Assembly: GCA_036172245.1 (NCBI GenBank) | Contig: JAYWIR010000007.1 | Location: forward strand, 2,790,001 to 2,854,000 | Reading direction: 5' to 3' | Length of the DNA: 64,000 nucleotides | Source of the DNA: Raillietiella orientalis | Taxonomy: Eukaryota | Translations under genes and position numbers: made by a program | Notes under the pieces: generated by a model | What the model saw: the letters and a program-made list of their open reading frames with translations, nothing else | Told to the model about the DNA's origin: nothing | Database searches by the model: none | Shown: positions 1-14,059 of the stretch, in pieces | Position numbering within the stretch: position 1 is the first letter of the stretch | How the letters are laid out: every line of letters starts with the position of its first letter

Positions 1-599
1 GTCGGGGAGTGCTCCCTTCCATGAATGCCTCCGGCCTCTCCGGCTTCCCCGGGAAAAGTCGATCTGGAAGTCGCCCTCCCTCTCCGGGGGAGTGAGGGGA
101 AAGGGAAGAGCGGCGACCAAGAAGAAACTTTCCCGCTTCCTCTCCCTCTCCCGAGGCTGCCTCCGCTCCCGACCGGGATTCTTCGAGGGAAGTCCGCGTG
201 TGCCCATCAAGAGGATGAGCGCGGCGGCGGCGGCGGCGATCTCTTGCCCCTCCCTCCCTCCTCCCCCTCTTTCCACTCGCTCCCTCCCATCCCCTCGCTC
301 TCCGGTTCGTTTACCGCGATCGTTCCTCCGGGATGGATTGCGGTCGGATTTACGGCGCGCGATCATTAGCCGGGAGATAAATCGAGGGAGGCTGTCCTGG
401 ACCGGTCTCCCGACGGAGCTCGTAAAAGCAGTTCCCCTGCGCACCCTCCTCTCCTCGTGATGGAATTGGAGGGGGAAGGGGGGGGAGGAATAGCCGCCGC
501 CGCTGCAGCGGAAGGCGATCGAAGAGTCCAAAGGGACGGCAGGCGAAGCCCCTGCCACCTCCGCTCAGGATGGCACGAAGGAGCGACTGCAGGGACCCT

Positions 600-1950
600 C
601 CTTTTCCTTCAGCCCTGACCATACTCATCGCTGCTCTTTGGTCGACTCTAGTCAGCCGAGCGACTGATCCCTAGGGAGTACCTCGGGGCTCTGGCTCTTC
701 GTTCCTCCCTTCTTTCAGATCTCCTGCTTCCTACCCCGTCCTCGCCCTCCACCCGATTCCCTCTCGTATGACCTCGTTTCGCGGTATTTTGAGAACAGCT
801 GCCTCTGTGGAACGGGTCCTGGGGTTCCTGGAGTGCCTGCTCCTCCCTGCAGGAAGGTAGAGAGGGAAACGGCGAAACGGTGGGGATGAAAAGGCATCTG
901 CGTCCTCTCGTATTGCAGCGATCTCCGCTTCGATCCTCTTTCCCGCCTTCCCTATCATCTCCCCATCCTCCTTTACAGCACCGGACTCCTCGCCTTGGGA
1001 ACAGACGTCCCTGAGGCTGCGATCTGTTCTCGGAGGCATCTTCGGAGAAGAGGGTTGCATGCGGGGGAAGAAGCAGGATGGGGAACGCGCGGATGAGTTG
1101 AAGAGATGATAGAGGACACCTCTCGTCTCTGCACCCCCCACCGGATGATGCGAGGTCATCTGGAGGGACTGGTGGCGTTCATTACTTTGGCATTATTCCG
1201 CGTCCCCACTCCTTCCATCTTCTTGCTCTTCCTTTCGTCCTCCTGCAAGAGCGAAGTTCGGCTCCCCAGCTCGCTCCCCTCCCGCCTTTGAGCAGGGATA
1301 GAATCTTCCCTTTTTGCATCGATGGCATCTCCTGCGCCATGGAGGGGTCAGCGGGTTTTAGGAGGGGACTCAGGACCTACTCTCGCATCTCTCAGCTGCC
1401 CTCATTTTTTTCGCCATTCGCTCCCTGGCAACCCTGTGGGCACGCCTCCGCAGCGCTCCTCTAGCGTAGAGCATGCGAGCGGAAGTTCGGAATGGACGCT
1501 GGACTTTCTCTTCAGAGAGGTCGTGTGCTGCCCCTGTGGAGCCTCAACGGGGAGCTCGGAAAAGCATAAGATGGGAGGACGGCGGAAGGAGGGAGAACGT
1601 GTTTGTCATCTTTTGAGATGATGTTGCTGGATGCTGGAAGCAAAGTGCCAGTTGGGCAGGTCTCCTAACACGGAAGAAGGCGCAAGTGTTTCGCTTTGGA
1701 AAGGAAGCCTCAACGGCCCGAGCGTGCGAAAACGGAAGGGGTAACTGCAGGAAAAGACTGGATGGGAGGGAGGTCTTCTTTCTCTGGTCTTGCCCATACA
1801 AAGAACCGAGATGACATCCACAGCCTCTGGGTGAGGTGCCCTTCCTTCGAGAAGCTATTGAGAACGAGCAGAAGAGCTGGAAGGACACGAGGGGTGAAAG
1901 TAAAGGAGTGGGAGGTCAGCAGGCGAGAGTCAAGCAAAGGAGTCAGGAAA
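600..1950 (-). mobile_element. Decayed LINE ORF1 (gag-like, I/Jockey-type) remnant
   Basis: Minus-strand frames give PTGTLL...RSPSFRRPPILCF followed by a degraded Cys/His run (~1400-1570). This resembles the VRPYIPxPLRCF + zinc-knuckle region of LINE ORF1 and is followed by K/E/R-rich low-complexity sequence. Heavily frameshifted. Confidence 0.3.
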
Positions 1951-2649
1951 CAACGATGGGGGAGAACAGCAGAAATTCGCTCTCATCCAAGTGTGGGGTT
2001 ATTAGGAACAAAGGTGATGGAGGTTCCGATCATCTTTTCTAGCAGAGGTCGACTTCGTCCTTTCTATTAAACAAGGTGAAATCTCTCCTTACGCTCGTAA
2101 GGAGATGTTGAAGAGCTGGTCTCTAGGAAAAGTGATGCCTTCATGAAAGCTCCCTCCAGCGGATCTGGTAGAAGGTTCAGCAGGAGGCCAAAAGACCACC
2201 TGCTTTTCTGTACATCGTCCGTTCTCTCCAGAATTCTGGAACAGTTGTGCGATCATGCTACATGCACATGCGTAGAGCTCTGAGAAGAGAAAAACGGCGA
2301 AAGAGACTGTGCTTAAGGACCTATTTGAGGAAAGAACAAATCAGGGTCATAACAATAGAGTGCCATTTCGACTCGAATCCAGGACGGTCGAGACCATCCT
2401 GGACTTGGGTCCTCGAGACCTTCCACAGCCACATCACCAAGGCAGTTCTGGAAAAGTAGAGAGGAGCCGCATCAAGATGGAGGCTTGCAGGCAAGGAGGC
2501 TTGCTCCAGATGTTGATAGGAGAGAAGAGCGGAAAAGAGAAGAAGAAAGATCCGAAGGAAACCAGAAGCCCTTCAGGCATCAAAGACCAAAAGGGCTAGT
2601 AAAACTCCATGACACCACCTTGGCCGCTCTGATGCACTGCCCTTAAGAT

Positions 2650-5090
2650 GATCTGCGTCTTGCAGTGGCATCACCAGCGGGAGCAGTACGCTTTGATCCA
2701 GTCAGATCTTTCTTGCGGGAAGAAGTCCTTCTCTTTTCGTTCTGATTCTCTGAATCGCGAAGGAGAGGGTCAAGCGTGCCTGTTGGTATCCAGGAGACTG
2801 CTCGTCTCGGACGGGACTTGCAAACTGCTATCTGGATAAGGAGCTGCCTTCAGAGGTTGTTTTGGCGTGATGCGGAAGCAGGAATCTACACGGGTCTCGG
2901 GTGCAGTGTCTGTTTTTTTCCGAATGCTGCTGCTCGCACAACAAGCGATCATCATCTCTCATGCTTCCTTGGAACACCCGCAGACTCCTGCATTACTCGT
3001 TCCTGTATCGCTATCATTCCTATATATCAAGCTAGACGGTCCTGTTTCAGGTCGATCCTCAAACAGCGGCTGTGAGAGTCTCAAAGAGTCGCGATAGCTT
3101 AAGAAAAAGTTCTAAGCCTCAAGATGGCCGCAAACAGGCTCTCACTGAGAGCGTTTCAGATCTGCTGGTGCGTCGGCCCGAACGTGGAGGCATCTGCCCC
3201 CTCTTTGCCGGAAATCCTCCTCTCATGGATCTCTTTCTACGGTATGAGTTGGACTTACGGCTGATCAGAACCGGTTTGCATTCCATCTTTGCAAAGTGTG
3301 CTAGAGGGAAGTCATGAGAGGCAACCCATCACGGGGATCACGAGGGAAGAATCCCTTCTCTTCTCCGTCTCTGCAAATCGCCTGTCTTCCACATCTCTTC
3401 GAGACGAGACTTTGGATTTTGAGGTTAGCTTTATCTCTCCCGATAGTCCATCCCATGCTCCCAGCTTATGTCCTTGGTGTAATATGTGCTGGAGCACACG
3501 ACTTTTCTCTCCCGATATGCTCCTCCCGTCACCTAGGGATCTTTCATCATTTCGTCGTTTACTGGGTTGCTCCCCGCTTGTAAGCATCTCACGACGGCTG
3601 CTTCTTAAACGATGCAAGGACTCTTTCGGAGGAGGAAGGGTAAGCCAATTCTCGGTGCTTCCTCTCCTTGGTTCTCCTGTTTCCTCTAGAGCTACTGACG
3701 ATTCGTAAAGGATGCTCAGACCATCTCCAAGATAATCACCCTCCCGTCTCCCTTGAGCACCAGTTCGGTTGTGGCTTGGAATCTGCTCCTGGAATGCACA
3801 CGAGCCACTCGATCCCAAGTTTGGTAGCGCAGCCTGTTGGTCTGGGAAACGGGTTCAATGTTTCTTTCCGCCGCCGTGTTTGGGTTGCGGGTGCAGTAAT
3901 CAAGGATGTGATTCTCACACAGCATGCTTCCTGAAGATGCGATCGTCTATGCCTCTGGCGGGTGCTGTTCACTCATAGATAGGTGAAGGGAGAGCTGAAT
4001 CACATGAACAAGTGGAATATTCCCCGAATTCCAAATATTCCTCATAAACAGTCAAGATGCGTTGCTAACTTACAATGCAGACCTACACGGAACACGGCAT
4101 CCCCTTGGTTGGGGTGCCACATGATGGAGACATAGTCATACTTTCTTGAGCTAGACCTTTTGAGCGTGATTTCCTTGCTTATTTATCGACCCAGAGCTGC
4201 ATCTTTCAGATGTGATCGTCCGCTTATTGTCTTCAAGAGTATACATCACCTTAGCCTGCCAGACTCTCGCCTGCACATTGCCCAAGTGTGCTTAACGTCG
4301 TTGCTGACCTGTCAAGTTTTCCTTCCATGGATCCTACACGGATTTTCCTCTTTCCATGCTTTCACCATCGGTTTCTTCACCATAGTTTATGGTTCTTCAT
4401 CAAAAGTTGTCAGTCTCGTTTTATTGGTTCATGACCGTTTATAGCTGCTTGATACTGCGTTCAGGGGTTGCTATTCGTGACCTCAACTTCCGTTATTGTG
4501 GTCACTTCTCCTCACGTAGCATCAGCCATTTTTCTGTTCTTACGAGATCCTGAAATCTTTGCTTGCTCAATTCTGCTCGTGATTTTCTAAATAGAAAGGC
4601 CTCTCGCACACTGGAATCTTCACTTTGATCCTCACCATCCCGCTGGCTCTCATGTGCTTGCCCACCGTCTTGTCTTCGAACACTCTTCGCGTGCATCCGG
4701 GAGCGTGGTTTCCGCTACACATCATCAGAATCGACCCCTTTTGAATCAGATGCTGTAACATATCGGTTTTTGGCCTCCTGCAAATCTAAGTATCTGGAGT
4801 TCCCAAAAGGACCGGATGTTCTTCCCTGTTTCGTCTTCCTTCTCGAGTGGAGAACGATGAGGCTGATGGAGATGCAACTGTAGGACTGGTTTTTCCCGAA
4901 CCACCCTGTTAATGCTCGATCTCCAAGATTTTTTCTCTCTTGCCTCGTTCCGAACTCCTCGCTCCTGGAAACACCACTGCACAGCCCACGCTGCTCCTCA
5001 TCCTGCATCAGTTTCTCTGGAAACAAGGAAAATCGTGGAGGCAGAACGCTTATTTTCAATTGACAAATGAGCAGGAAGGACATTCGCGTT
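2650..5090 (-). mobile_element. Decayed Ty3/Gypsy gag-pol remnant
   Basis: Degenerate motifs occur in Gypsy order on the minus strand. Knuckle-like SYSC..H (~4870); protease-like VTASDSKG (~4750); RT-like KGMPCSV (~4095, cf. RMPFG) and VYEEYL (~4040, cf. VYLDDI); RNaseH-like YCTRNPNTAAERN...SRFQATTE (ORF 3716-3925, cf. YASRxLTxAExNY...FxxxTDH); integrase Zn-like VLQHILHQGHKLG (ORF 3312-3818). Confidence 0.55.
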
Positions 5091-5597
5091 ACTGCTGATG
5101 ACTTTCATCCTTTTCTCAGATTAACTGGAACGTATTTAGTTAAGTATCCTTGCGCAATACAGAGTTGGCTTGAAATATGGTGTCTTGTAGAAACTAGGAG
5201 TCCCTTCACTGAGGGTCTCACAAACCTTGCAGCCCTGGACTCGGCGGAAACCCATGGGACTCCGCTCGTGATTTCCTCAAATCCTAAGTAGAAAAATTTG
5301 GACAGATCGATGCACTCCACAGGGAATCCGGGAGCATTTCTGCTACCAGGCCCCTAGTGAGCTTTCGGAGGGCACTGAAGGGCACTATCAGTTTTAGAAG
5401 AGATGGAGTGACCCAATCAGTGACCTCCCACGATGATATCATGACCTTGCTCGCTACAGCTTTTTGAGCCCGCCGACAGCTTCAGGAAGTGCTGCAATTC
5501 TCTCTCGAGGCAACTGGAGTCTCCCAAAGTCATTCAAGGGTTCCTCATCGCGAGACGTAGATCTAGAAGTAGACGTCGTCTAAGCATCTGGACAACC

Positions 5598-5615
5598 AAA
5601 AAAAAAAAAAAAAAA
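5598..5615 (+). repeat. Poly(A) tract (18 nt)
   Basis: Direct read of the sequence. Similar tracts lie at 26616-26639, ~27056-27070 (T), ~41409-41426 and ~50771-50800 (T-rich). Confidence 0.9.
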
Positions 5616-6299
5616 TGGTACACTGGATTCTCAGCTTCTCATCAAGTTCATTTCAGCATCTCGGAATTCGAAGAACGAATTTTCTGGATGAATTAATCAG
5701 ATTAGGAAAGGGAAAGTAAGGTGGAATTCACCAAAATAATAGGGAAAGGAATACGAGTGCGGGGACAGGAGAGTGCGGTTGTTCCATAGGGGAGCGAAGA
5801 GATGCGCCTCTTCACGAAGGTCTAGTCATTTCCCATCTTCGAAAGTCTCTTTCCCCCGGCACTCCTCGGAACGCGGACATGGCCTCTGGAAAAAATTCCC
5901 TCCATCCCAGTGGAGAGACGCAGAGGTCTCCGAAATCCCGTACGCCCAGTCACCCACAGGGGAGGGAGGTGTCCTTCTTTGGGATGGAAGCGGTTCCGCA
6001 GCCACCTGCGCTGAGGCCGCGCGCTCCCTCGCCTGAGCATCTCTCTCTCCCGCCCGCTGCCCAAGGCCGAGTGCGTGTCAACGACGACAGCGGAAGAGCT
6101 CTCTGCCTATTCGCAGAAGAACGCCCACCCCGGATGACGGATAAGGGGCCTCTTTTGTTTGCCTCCCGAGCGTCATTTGTTGCGGCTTTCATCTGAATTT
6201 TTGGCCATCAGTCTATCTCAAGCCATGGAGGGCAAAACATCTCAAGCAGCCTCTCTCTTATTTTCTAGGATACTTTGCTGTGCAGCTCCGGAGAGCTCT

Positions 6300-9200
6300 A
6301 CTCAGATAAATTTGCTTGTTTGCTCTGACGTCCGATTCCTCGTCGGTCCCTTTGAATTTCTTAGCAAGCCGAACGTGGAAACTTCTTAAAAGCGTCCCTA
6401 AATTATGAATCTCGTGGAACCAGTTCGTCTGGGGAACCGATCGAGTGGACGCGATCAATCGAGCCGATTACTGTTGCCTCTTTCCGGGAGTAGGGTGAGG
6501 AGGGAACTCCGATCCTGCCTTGGAGCTTCCTTTTTTCCTTCTTGAGGAAGCTTTTACGATGATCTTGAAGTCGATTTCCTCAGCATGAATTCGGGATGGA
6601 CTCGCTAATAAACAGGTCAGTGCACGAGTTGCCTTCCCTTCAGAGGTCGAATAAGGCAGCTGAAATTCTGGACAGAGGAATGAGCAGCCTGCAAGAAGTT
6701 TTTTTAGGGAATTCTGTTAAAGCTTCCTTTCTGCATCGGCAAGTCAGATGACGAGCCTTTGTAGAGGATGAGCGCGTTCGTCAGGATGCATTCCCCCTCA
6801 TGCATGCTGTCTTCACGAGGTCCTGCTGCATCAGCTTCTTTGATTTTGATCTGGGCACATGCGCCCGGAGATAAGCAAAAGAACTCCGAAACTTGGATTC
6901 TCGGTTTCCTGGTTCCCCACATAGATCGATTACGTGAAAGCGGTCACTCTCTACTCAGAGGCAGAATGGCTGAGGTCGGAGAGTAGGCACAAAGACTCTC
7001 CAAGCCTCCTCAGCAACGCCCCCTCTCGCACTTCCTCTCATGGCTTATTTGATTAGCGTCAGGAGATACAGATAGAACAAAAGAAATGAACGGCCTCTTA
7101 AAGGTGCGGCCGTCTAAGGCAATTTCTCTTGAGATTAGAAACAGAGAAGATCTGGATTTATCTTATCGTCTGAGAGTGATTTCTAAACGCGTTTTTAGAC
7201 AACTCTCTTGGTGAGTTCCGTTGTTTCTCAGTAAAACGACTAGGCATTTGCTGCTTTACCGGATCTCAGGCAATTAATGCGACGGTAGTAGCGAGCAGCA
7301 GTTTCCGGGCCGATCATCTCGGGCAAGGTTACCACCGCAGACGAGAGCCAACGAATTGCAGCTGCCGACGCAAGTGTTTAATTTCCCCACGTTTTATTTC
7401 GTGTGTCGAATCCTTGTCCGAGCGAGCACTGGGTGCTTTTTGATGAAGGGTCACAGCAACCCTTCTCAGGTGCCTTTCTACGGACTGATTGAAAGAGTGA
7501 GGGGCAAGAATTCCACTATCAGGTGCTCTAGATTCTCCAAGGTCATACAAGATACCAGAAAGCGAGTTCTAAGAAGCACCCGGGGCGAACGATTGAGGAG
7601 GAGACATAGCTCTTCCCTCGGTGCAGTGCTCGTTCTCAGCAAAAGACTCGAGAAGGGGTGATTTTGAAACCGGAAGTGCCAAAGAGGGAGCTATTGTAAG
7701 ATGCTGCGAACGAAGGACTAAAGGTTATCCGGCATTCTCGACATCTTTGCAAAAGGAAGTTTCCAGCATTCTTGAATAGACGTCGCTAATTTTCTAAATA
7801 CAAGTTATAAACAGTGACGTGGCTCGTATAGCAATCACTAATCTTATCTTTCTGAGTTGACTAAAGGTCAACTTTGGTCAGAGACATCACGAATGAGCGG
7901 TGGCAGCAAAGTAAAAAACGCAATCGAATGGCCATCATTGCAATTTGGTTGCTTACGCATGTTCACGCATCATTCAGTCATTCGAAGCATTTTATCCAGC
8001 ATCAGAGATAATTTAATTTTAGATCGCTCTTCTCTGTGCTTCAGAGAAGACACAGACTCCTCTCTGCTTCCTTTGGTTCGGAATGCCTCTCAGACCACCA
8101 TGGTTAAGGATCTCTGTACTTATCCGCTTGCTCTGAGTACTCGAAATCTCAACCATTTTGCCCTTTCTTATCGCAGATTCAGTCCGTTGCTTCTCTGATT
8201 CGGAATCAGCATCTCCGAATTTTTCTAGGATTCCTGAGCGACAAGGTCTTCTTGGCAACGCGTAAGGACAGCTCCGATTTCCGTGCCTTGTAGCAGCATT
8301 TCAGGATTCAGGATTTCCATCTTCTGCTCTCTTAGCGATTACAAGTATTCTGTACCCTCGGAGCCAATGATCTGGGAATCTTTTATTTCTGTGATAGAAC
8401 TTTAGAGGTGGCACCTAAACACAGCCCTACTTCTTGTGAAACCAAGACAAGTGTTTCCGGTTTCGCCATATGTATTACATCGAATGTATAACAGTGAAAG
8501 CAGCTGACTTACCAGCAAGTAGACCATGAGCATCACCAAGTGAGCTTATTTTGGTCCAACGTTGCCTTCGGGACTCGATCGGCTGCAGTAGGCGTCGTGC
8601 TGAGAGAACGAGAGAAGGTATCGATGTCAAAATTCTCTTTAGTTCTTCCTGTGAATGCGTGCATCTTTCCCAGAGATCATTCAGAAACAAGGAGGGACGC
8701 CGGAAGTGGGATGTTCAGATGACCTCACGCTTCCCTTTCAGTTTTCAGAAGTCCCACCTGGGTACTCTTCGAATCACAAGGAACTTTGGTCGGGTGGAGA
8801 TTCCTTCCATGCGCCGATCGCTGTGAAAGCCAATGGATTTCTTCGGAGTTCCGCATATCTCTCGGAAGTGTCTTGGGAATGCTGCAATGCAGAAGAAAAA
8901 TCCCAATCCATGGCACCATCCTGACTTTTTCCACTGTATGAGCTCGATCCAGTGAATGATAAGAACTGTCGCTTTTGCCTCTGCAGATCACATCCTGAAA
9001 CCACACTCGTCCACTGTTGGATACGTGCCACTTTTCACATTTTTGGAGCACGAAGTGGTGCTCACAACACAAGGCAGACAGATGGAGGGTCTGTTTCCAC
9101 CCGACAGGAGGGATAAGCAAGACGGAGGTTTCGTCTGCCTCTTCTGTTCAGCTCTTCCCGCTACCTCGAAGACAACTCCGTTAGCTGCGGTGATCCATCC

Positions 9201-10100
9201 GATGCTCCCAGTACACACCCCGGGAATACTACACGTCCGAGCACTCCGTTGCTTCTCGGATGTGCTCCGCCTGCTTCTTGGCAATCTGCGATTCCTTCAG
9301 CACGCCGTCCTCTGCCGGGTCTCGAGGCCTCAGGCGACCTAAGACTTGCTGCCTTCCGGCACTCCGGTTTGCCGGCGAAGCTGGAAGCCAGTTCTCCCCT
9401 TCTGCTCTGCCTCCAGCGTTGCCGATGCTGAATACTCAGAAGGACGCGCGATGCCTAGCGTGAACGACCTTCCCTTCCTCGTGGAGCACCAAACTCTTCC
9501 TTCTCGAATGTGTCCCCGGACTAGGGCCACCAACAAACTCCCAGTGCTTACAGAAAGCCCTCTGGATGCCAGCTCGTCGCTTCCCTTTGTGTTCGCGGTC
9601 TGGTTGTTGACCATCTGCTGGAGTGGATGAGGCTTTTCCCATCTTCCCCGCCTTTTGCAAAGGCGATCTAGTGGGAGTGGCCTGCACAGGCAGGAGCTTG
9701 AGTCGCCCCGCACAGATAAATCTGTGACAATTCTGCAAAGCGAATGGACTCACTGCTGAACAGGAAGTACCCCGAAGACAGTTGCCATCCAAACGCAGGA
9801 CATATTCTTGCTTCAGCTCTTGTATTCTTTGTCCAAAGCAGTCATGAGATCGCGAGGCGTGGTTCGCGAGGCGCTCCCATCCACTCGTGAGCGAGTGCAG
9901 GTACAAGAAGTTTCCATTCTTCGGCGAAACGCCATTCATCGATAACAAATGATCACCATCAGCATGCAGATGATCTTTTGCGAACCAAAAGTTTCATTCT
10001 ATCGAGCAGCTCTCTTTTGAAATTTGTGTTCCAGGAAGAACTCGAGACGGTTTCGTACCGTTAATAACATGTCTCGAGGATCTACTTGTTCCACAGTTTC
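6300..10100 (-). mobile_element. Decayed BEL/Pao LTR retrotransposon gag-pol remnant
   Basis: Motifs in BEL order on the minus strand. NFWF (~9990) and SMNGVSPKNGNFLYLHSLTSG...IQELKQEY (ORF 9436-9948) are DUF1759-like. RT-like KIK..DA...LND (~7970-8030), LRF, ITFSPSFAA and SYV follow. Pao RNaseH-like KAR...RIP*..LQAA (~6700-6760) and SNRLD*SR (cf. NPADxxSRG, ~6450) come last. Many stops and frameshifts. Confidence 0.5.
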
Positions 10101-10513
10101 CCACGAAGTAAATCCTTTTGTCATCTGAGCAGCCTTCATTGACGATGGAAGACAAGGAGTATCAAAAATTCTTCACCGTCATGGGAAATCAAGATCCATG
10201 GGAGGCGACTGAATCTACTGGAGAATGAGCGGATGAAATTTCGAGGTCAGAACCTTTCGTTCCCTCAAGGGAAATCTTTCTGAAGAACCCAATCGTGCTC
10301 TAAGTATTCGCTGAAGCTGTATGTAAACCCCAAGACGTGTAAGTGGAGGTGTTGAGTGCAGTCAAACGTCACGGCATTAAACACGAAAGTGCTCATTTAC
10401 TGGAATAAATCAGAGAGGACATGAATTGGTAGTCACTAATAATTGATGTATTGAGTAAAGCGTTCAGTAGGAGCATGTAGTTTGTAGTTCCGTCTGATTC
10501 TAACAGGAAACTT

Positions 10514-11090
10514 GGTAGCGACCAGACTGTCTTCAAGTAACCGGATTGATGGAAGGATGATGGGAATCCTTTTCTGTCTTCGCACTTTTTCGACACGGTT
10601 CCACGCCACCCGAGGGTGAGTAATTCTTCAAGATAGGGGGTACTCCGGGAGGGGTCTGCCCTATGAATCCAGGAAGGACTCAGAGTCTGTTCCTCTCACG
10701 CCTGGGGAGGGATCCCCGAAATGGAGATCACCTCCATCCTGGTTGTCTCTGAAGGGGAATCCAAAAGGAAATCTCTTTCCCTATCCTCCCCGAAGAGACC
10801 TTTGGAGGGGTCCGCTTCAGTTTTTCTTCTCTGAAGGAAATCCGGAAGTGATCCGATCCTGCTTTTACTCCTCTGAAGAGGTGACGGTGACGCTTCCGAA
10901 ATTCAGAAGGACGCAGCTTTCCCGAAGGGATCGCCTCGCGTCCCTGCACTCCCTGGAGAGGTGGTGGCGACACACCTACTCCATCAGTCCGACGCGGAGG
11001 GGTCTCCCTCGAAATGTGGGGTCCGCTTCTTTACGACTGGAAAGGAGCTCCCACTCCGTGATTCCTGGAAGGACCCGGAGGTCGACCAGA
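10514..11090 (-). mobile_element. tRNA-derived SINE family, copy C (head missing)
   Basis: Colinear with 55203-55810, e.g. shared GTTCCACGCCA.CCGAGGGTG.GTAATTCTTCAAGATAGGGGGTA and GATTCCTGGAAGGACCCGGAGGTCGAC. Retains the tail remnant GTAGCGACC at 10515-10523. Confidence 0.8.
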
Positions 11091-11932
11091 TTGTCTCCTT
11101 ACCTCTAATGCGAAGAATCCTTGAATTATCGCCTTTTTTTAAGAATGATGCAAAACTTTGAATGCCATGGAGCCTGGCGGAAGATGAATTTCCGATCTAC
11201 CGACTCGAATGAAATCGACAATTTTAGGAAGAAGACGGAAGTCGGTATTTTCGGAGTATTCGTAAATAGAGATTGTCACGCTTCGAACTCACTCCTCCGA
11301 ATTGTAGATCGTCCCCGAGTGATATCTGAAGTTCCAGATCTCTGAGATTCAGATCAGATCAGCCAGCACTCGGCGACACCAGGAATCAGGAATTCCGAAT
11401 TTGTGCCGTCTGGAGTTCAAGTCGGAACGGATGGGGCAATCGGAAGATTCCGTGGGAAGTGGGCTGAGAATCACTCGTGAAACCGAGCACTCACTGGGAA
11501 AAAAAAATCCGCTCCCTTTCTTGTTGCGACATGGAGCCGATACTGACGCCCTTGCGAATCTGCCTGATCTCCGACTTTCTTGAGCATCTACAGATCTTTT
11601 GGCAAAGCCTCGGTCTCGGTCATTTCTGCAGCCTCGAAGCTTCAGCGTGGATGGCATCTTGCTATGGTCCGAATCTACGAGCGTCAGAATGATGCACTGC
11701 AAGATGTCGCTGTAGTTGGACGAATTGGTTAGGATGACCAGGAACCACCAAGAGCCACTCAGTACTCAGTTCCAATGGAACATTCTGGATGGGAAAAAAG
11801 ATTCTCACGCTGCTTACATGACTCGGGCTTCCTGGTTTCAGTTAGCCTTTTGCTTATTTTCATTGATATTTTGAGACGCTAAAATACGAAAGCGCTAAAA
11901 TACTTCCTATTTTATACCCATTAAAGAATTTT

Positions 11933-12121
11933 TGTTTATTTTTTTTTAAAAAGGTATCTGAGCTTCCTTTACTGCAGTTCTTCGACACGGTTCCACGCCA
12001 CCCGAGGGTGGGTAGTCTTCAAGATAGGGGGTGCCCCGGGAGGGGTCCGCCATTTGAATCCAGGAAGGACTCGGAGTCCGCTCCTCTCACGCCTGGGGAG
12101 GGATCCCCGGAAATGGAGATC
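11933..12121 (-). mobile_element. tRNA-derived SINE family, copy D (3' fragment with A-rich tail)
   Basis: 11982-12120 is nearly identical to ~10590-10728 and ~55273-55413. A T-run (poly-A on the minus strand) lies at ~11930-11947. Confidence 0.75.
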
Positions 12122-13339
12122 ATGTGAGGCTGCAGTTTCGAGTTCGTTCGTCATTTCTAATGAGGTGCCGATGAGAAAAAATGCTATGGAGAATATCATC
12201 ATCACAAAATTCACCACCAAAGAGATCTGTCTTTCCTCGATGTGCTGAAGACACCACGGAGTGGTTGTGTCTGTCATTTGGTATTCTTCCTGAATGTTAT
12301 TTTGTTAAGTCTTTCAAAACCTAGTCAGGGCTCCTTCACAGCATTGCATTTTATGGAAGGAAGGTCAACTTTCCATAAGCATAGTAAGCCATGAAATTGA
12401 CTTGGTAATAAATCCATTACAACCTCAGCATGGCAATTTGACCTTCACATGTTTTTTCCCATTCGGAAGGAATTCGGAAATCGTATTCGTTTATCGAATA
12501 TGCCTTCTGCCTCAGCACTACCAAGAAATGGATGAGAGCACAATGCAGAATGAAAGCAGTGGATTTAAAGGAGCATCAAAAATGATGTTTTCGATCATAA
12601 TTTTCTATAGATAAGATGAAATTACAATCAGTAACAAACTGCAGAATTTTTGGTAGTCAGCCACCTCGGGTCTATTATTAATATTGTATTTGTTCACATT
12701 AGGATAACGTAAAAGGCAAGTACGGTAATATCCTTCAGCGGAACATATATTTAATTGGATTGTTTTTATATCGAGCCATATATCTGCCTAGAGCAATTTT
12801 CATTTGCTTGGATTTATCGTAACCATTCATCAGAAATGAATTTGTGTTACTCTCCCTTTTAGGGGGGAGATTAGAATAAATAGAAAGCATGAAGGCTTTC
12901 GTCCTATTTACGACTCTGGGTATGTGCTGTTTGAAATATATTGGTCACTGCTGGAACAAGTTATCCATAAACGTAACTGATATGAGTAAAAATAATTTAT
13001 GAGCTCTTAACTGTGAAGGGAACCACTGGTATCTTAAAATAACATTTGAAAACACAATCTGATTCATGTGGCACTATTCTCCTTTCCTGTTCATCGGTTC
13101 CTTATGGTCATATGAAGGCTCATATGTACTGAATTGAAAACGCTGAATTCGATCTCCCGAAGATGAACTCCTCTGCCATTTTCACAGTGCACGCTCTTGT
13201 ATTACATTCATGATGTTTATAATATTCTGATGATGTCATAGGAGCTGTAGACTGAATCTTAGAAGGAGAAGGGACATCGAGAAGGCGCATTGCAAGACGC
13301 TCCAGCAATTTCTCGACGGTACATCATCACCTGCATCCC

Positions 13340-14045
13340 TTGACGGGTCGAGTGTTTCGGTCGCTTAGCTGAGCAAGGCCGGTTCAAGTTCTTCTGCAAG
13401 GCGCGGCACCTCCCCGTAACCCGTCCTCACCTGCAGAAGATTCGAATTCCCAGACTGTTCCCAGGTGCAAGAAACACCTCTTCCTCTGTCCATGACACGC
13501 CACGACGTGATTCGAGAAATAATCGGGAAGGTCGCAGTGGATAGAGAGAGGTGGCGTCTTGTGTCAAGAAGCCAGAGAGTGATAGGAACAACTTCCATCC
13601 TAAAACCGGATCTGGTGACGCAAAAAGGAAACCGGATATGTGTGCTAGACGTCTGCTGCCCATCGAAAATGGAAAAGAGACGTTTAGCACAGCCAGGAAG
13701 ACTGGGAAAAGGTGGAAAGCAAAGCAAAGTACACGCGTTCATCGTTGGCTCTCTGGGAGCACGGAATCCCGGTGGAATAGTAAAAAGGAAGCTAGTGGAA
13801 CCGAGGCACCAGACGGTGGCTACGTGTGTCCGGCACTCAAGTGACATCTATGCAGCCCACGTCGCAAGGAAAACCGAAAGCCAGCCGGAGAATCCAGACA
13901 ATCCTTTCCCACCATACGAAAGCAATCCAGGGGAGGAAACACCATAAAGAGGGAGCGAGGAGCTCCCCGAAGGAACAGAATAGCACCAGCGAAAGAATGT
14001 ACAGAGCCCCCTGCAGCCAGTTATGTAATTGCACACATTAACCAC
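13340..14045 (+). mobile_element. 3' fragment of an RLE-type non-LTR retrotransposon (NeSL/Utopia-like restriction-like endonuclease domain)
   Basis: RFKFFCKAR and LTCRR precede ORF 13465-13947, which contains RHDVI...LKPDLV...VLDVCCP...AFIVGSLG...SSDIYAAH. This matches the RHD, PD-(D/E)xK, VGSLG and SRDIYxxH motifs of NeSL/Utopia-clade RLE domains. An internal deletion is apparent. The 3' UTR ends at AATAAA (14046-14051). Confidence 0.85.
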
Positions 14046-14059
14046 AATAAAGTTTCTTC

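Noticed and set aside
6258..6458. PQTNW...TLLRSF...KK resembles an IS481/rve integrase (possible bacterial insertion)
   Set aside because: It lies within a colinear run of BEL/Pao RNaseH-region motifs in neighbouring frames. There are no IS ends or intact DDE frame, so it is probably a chance resemblance.
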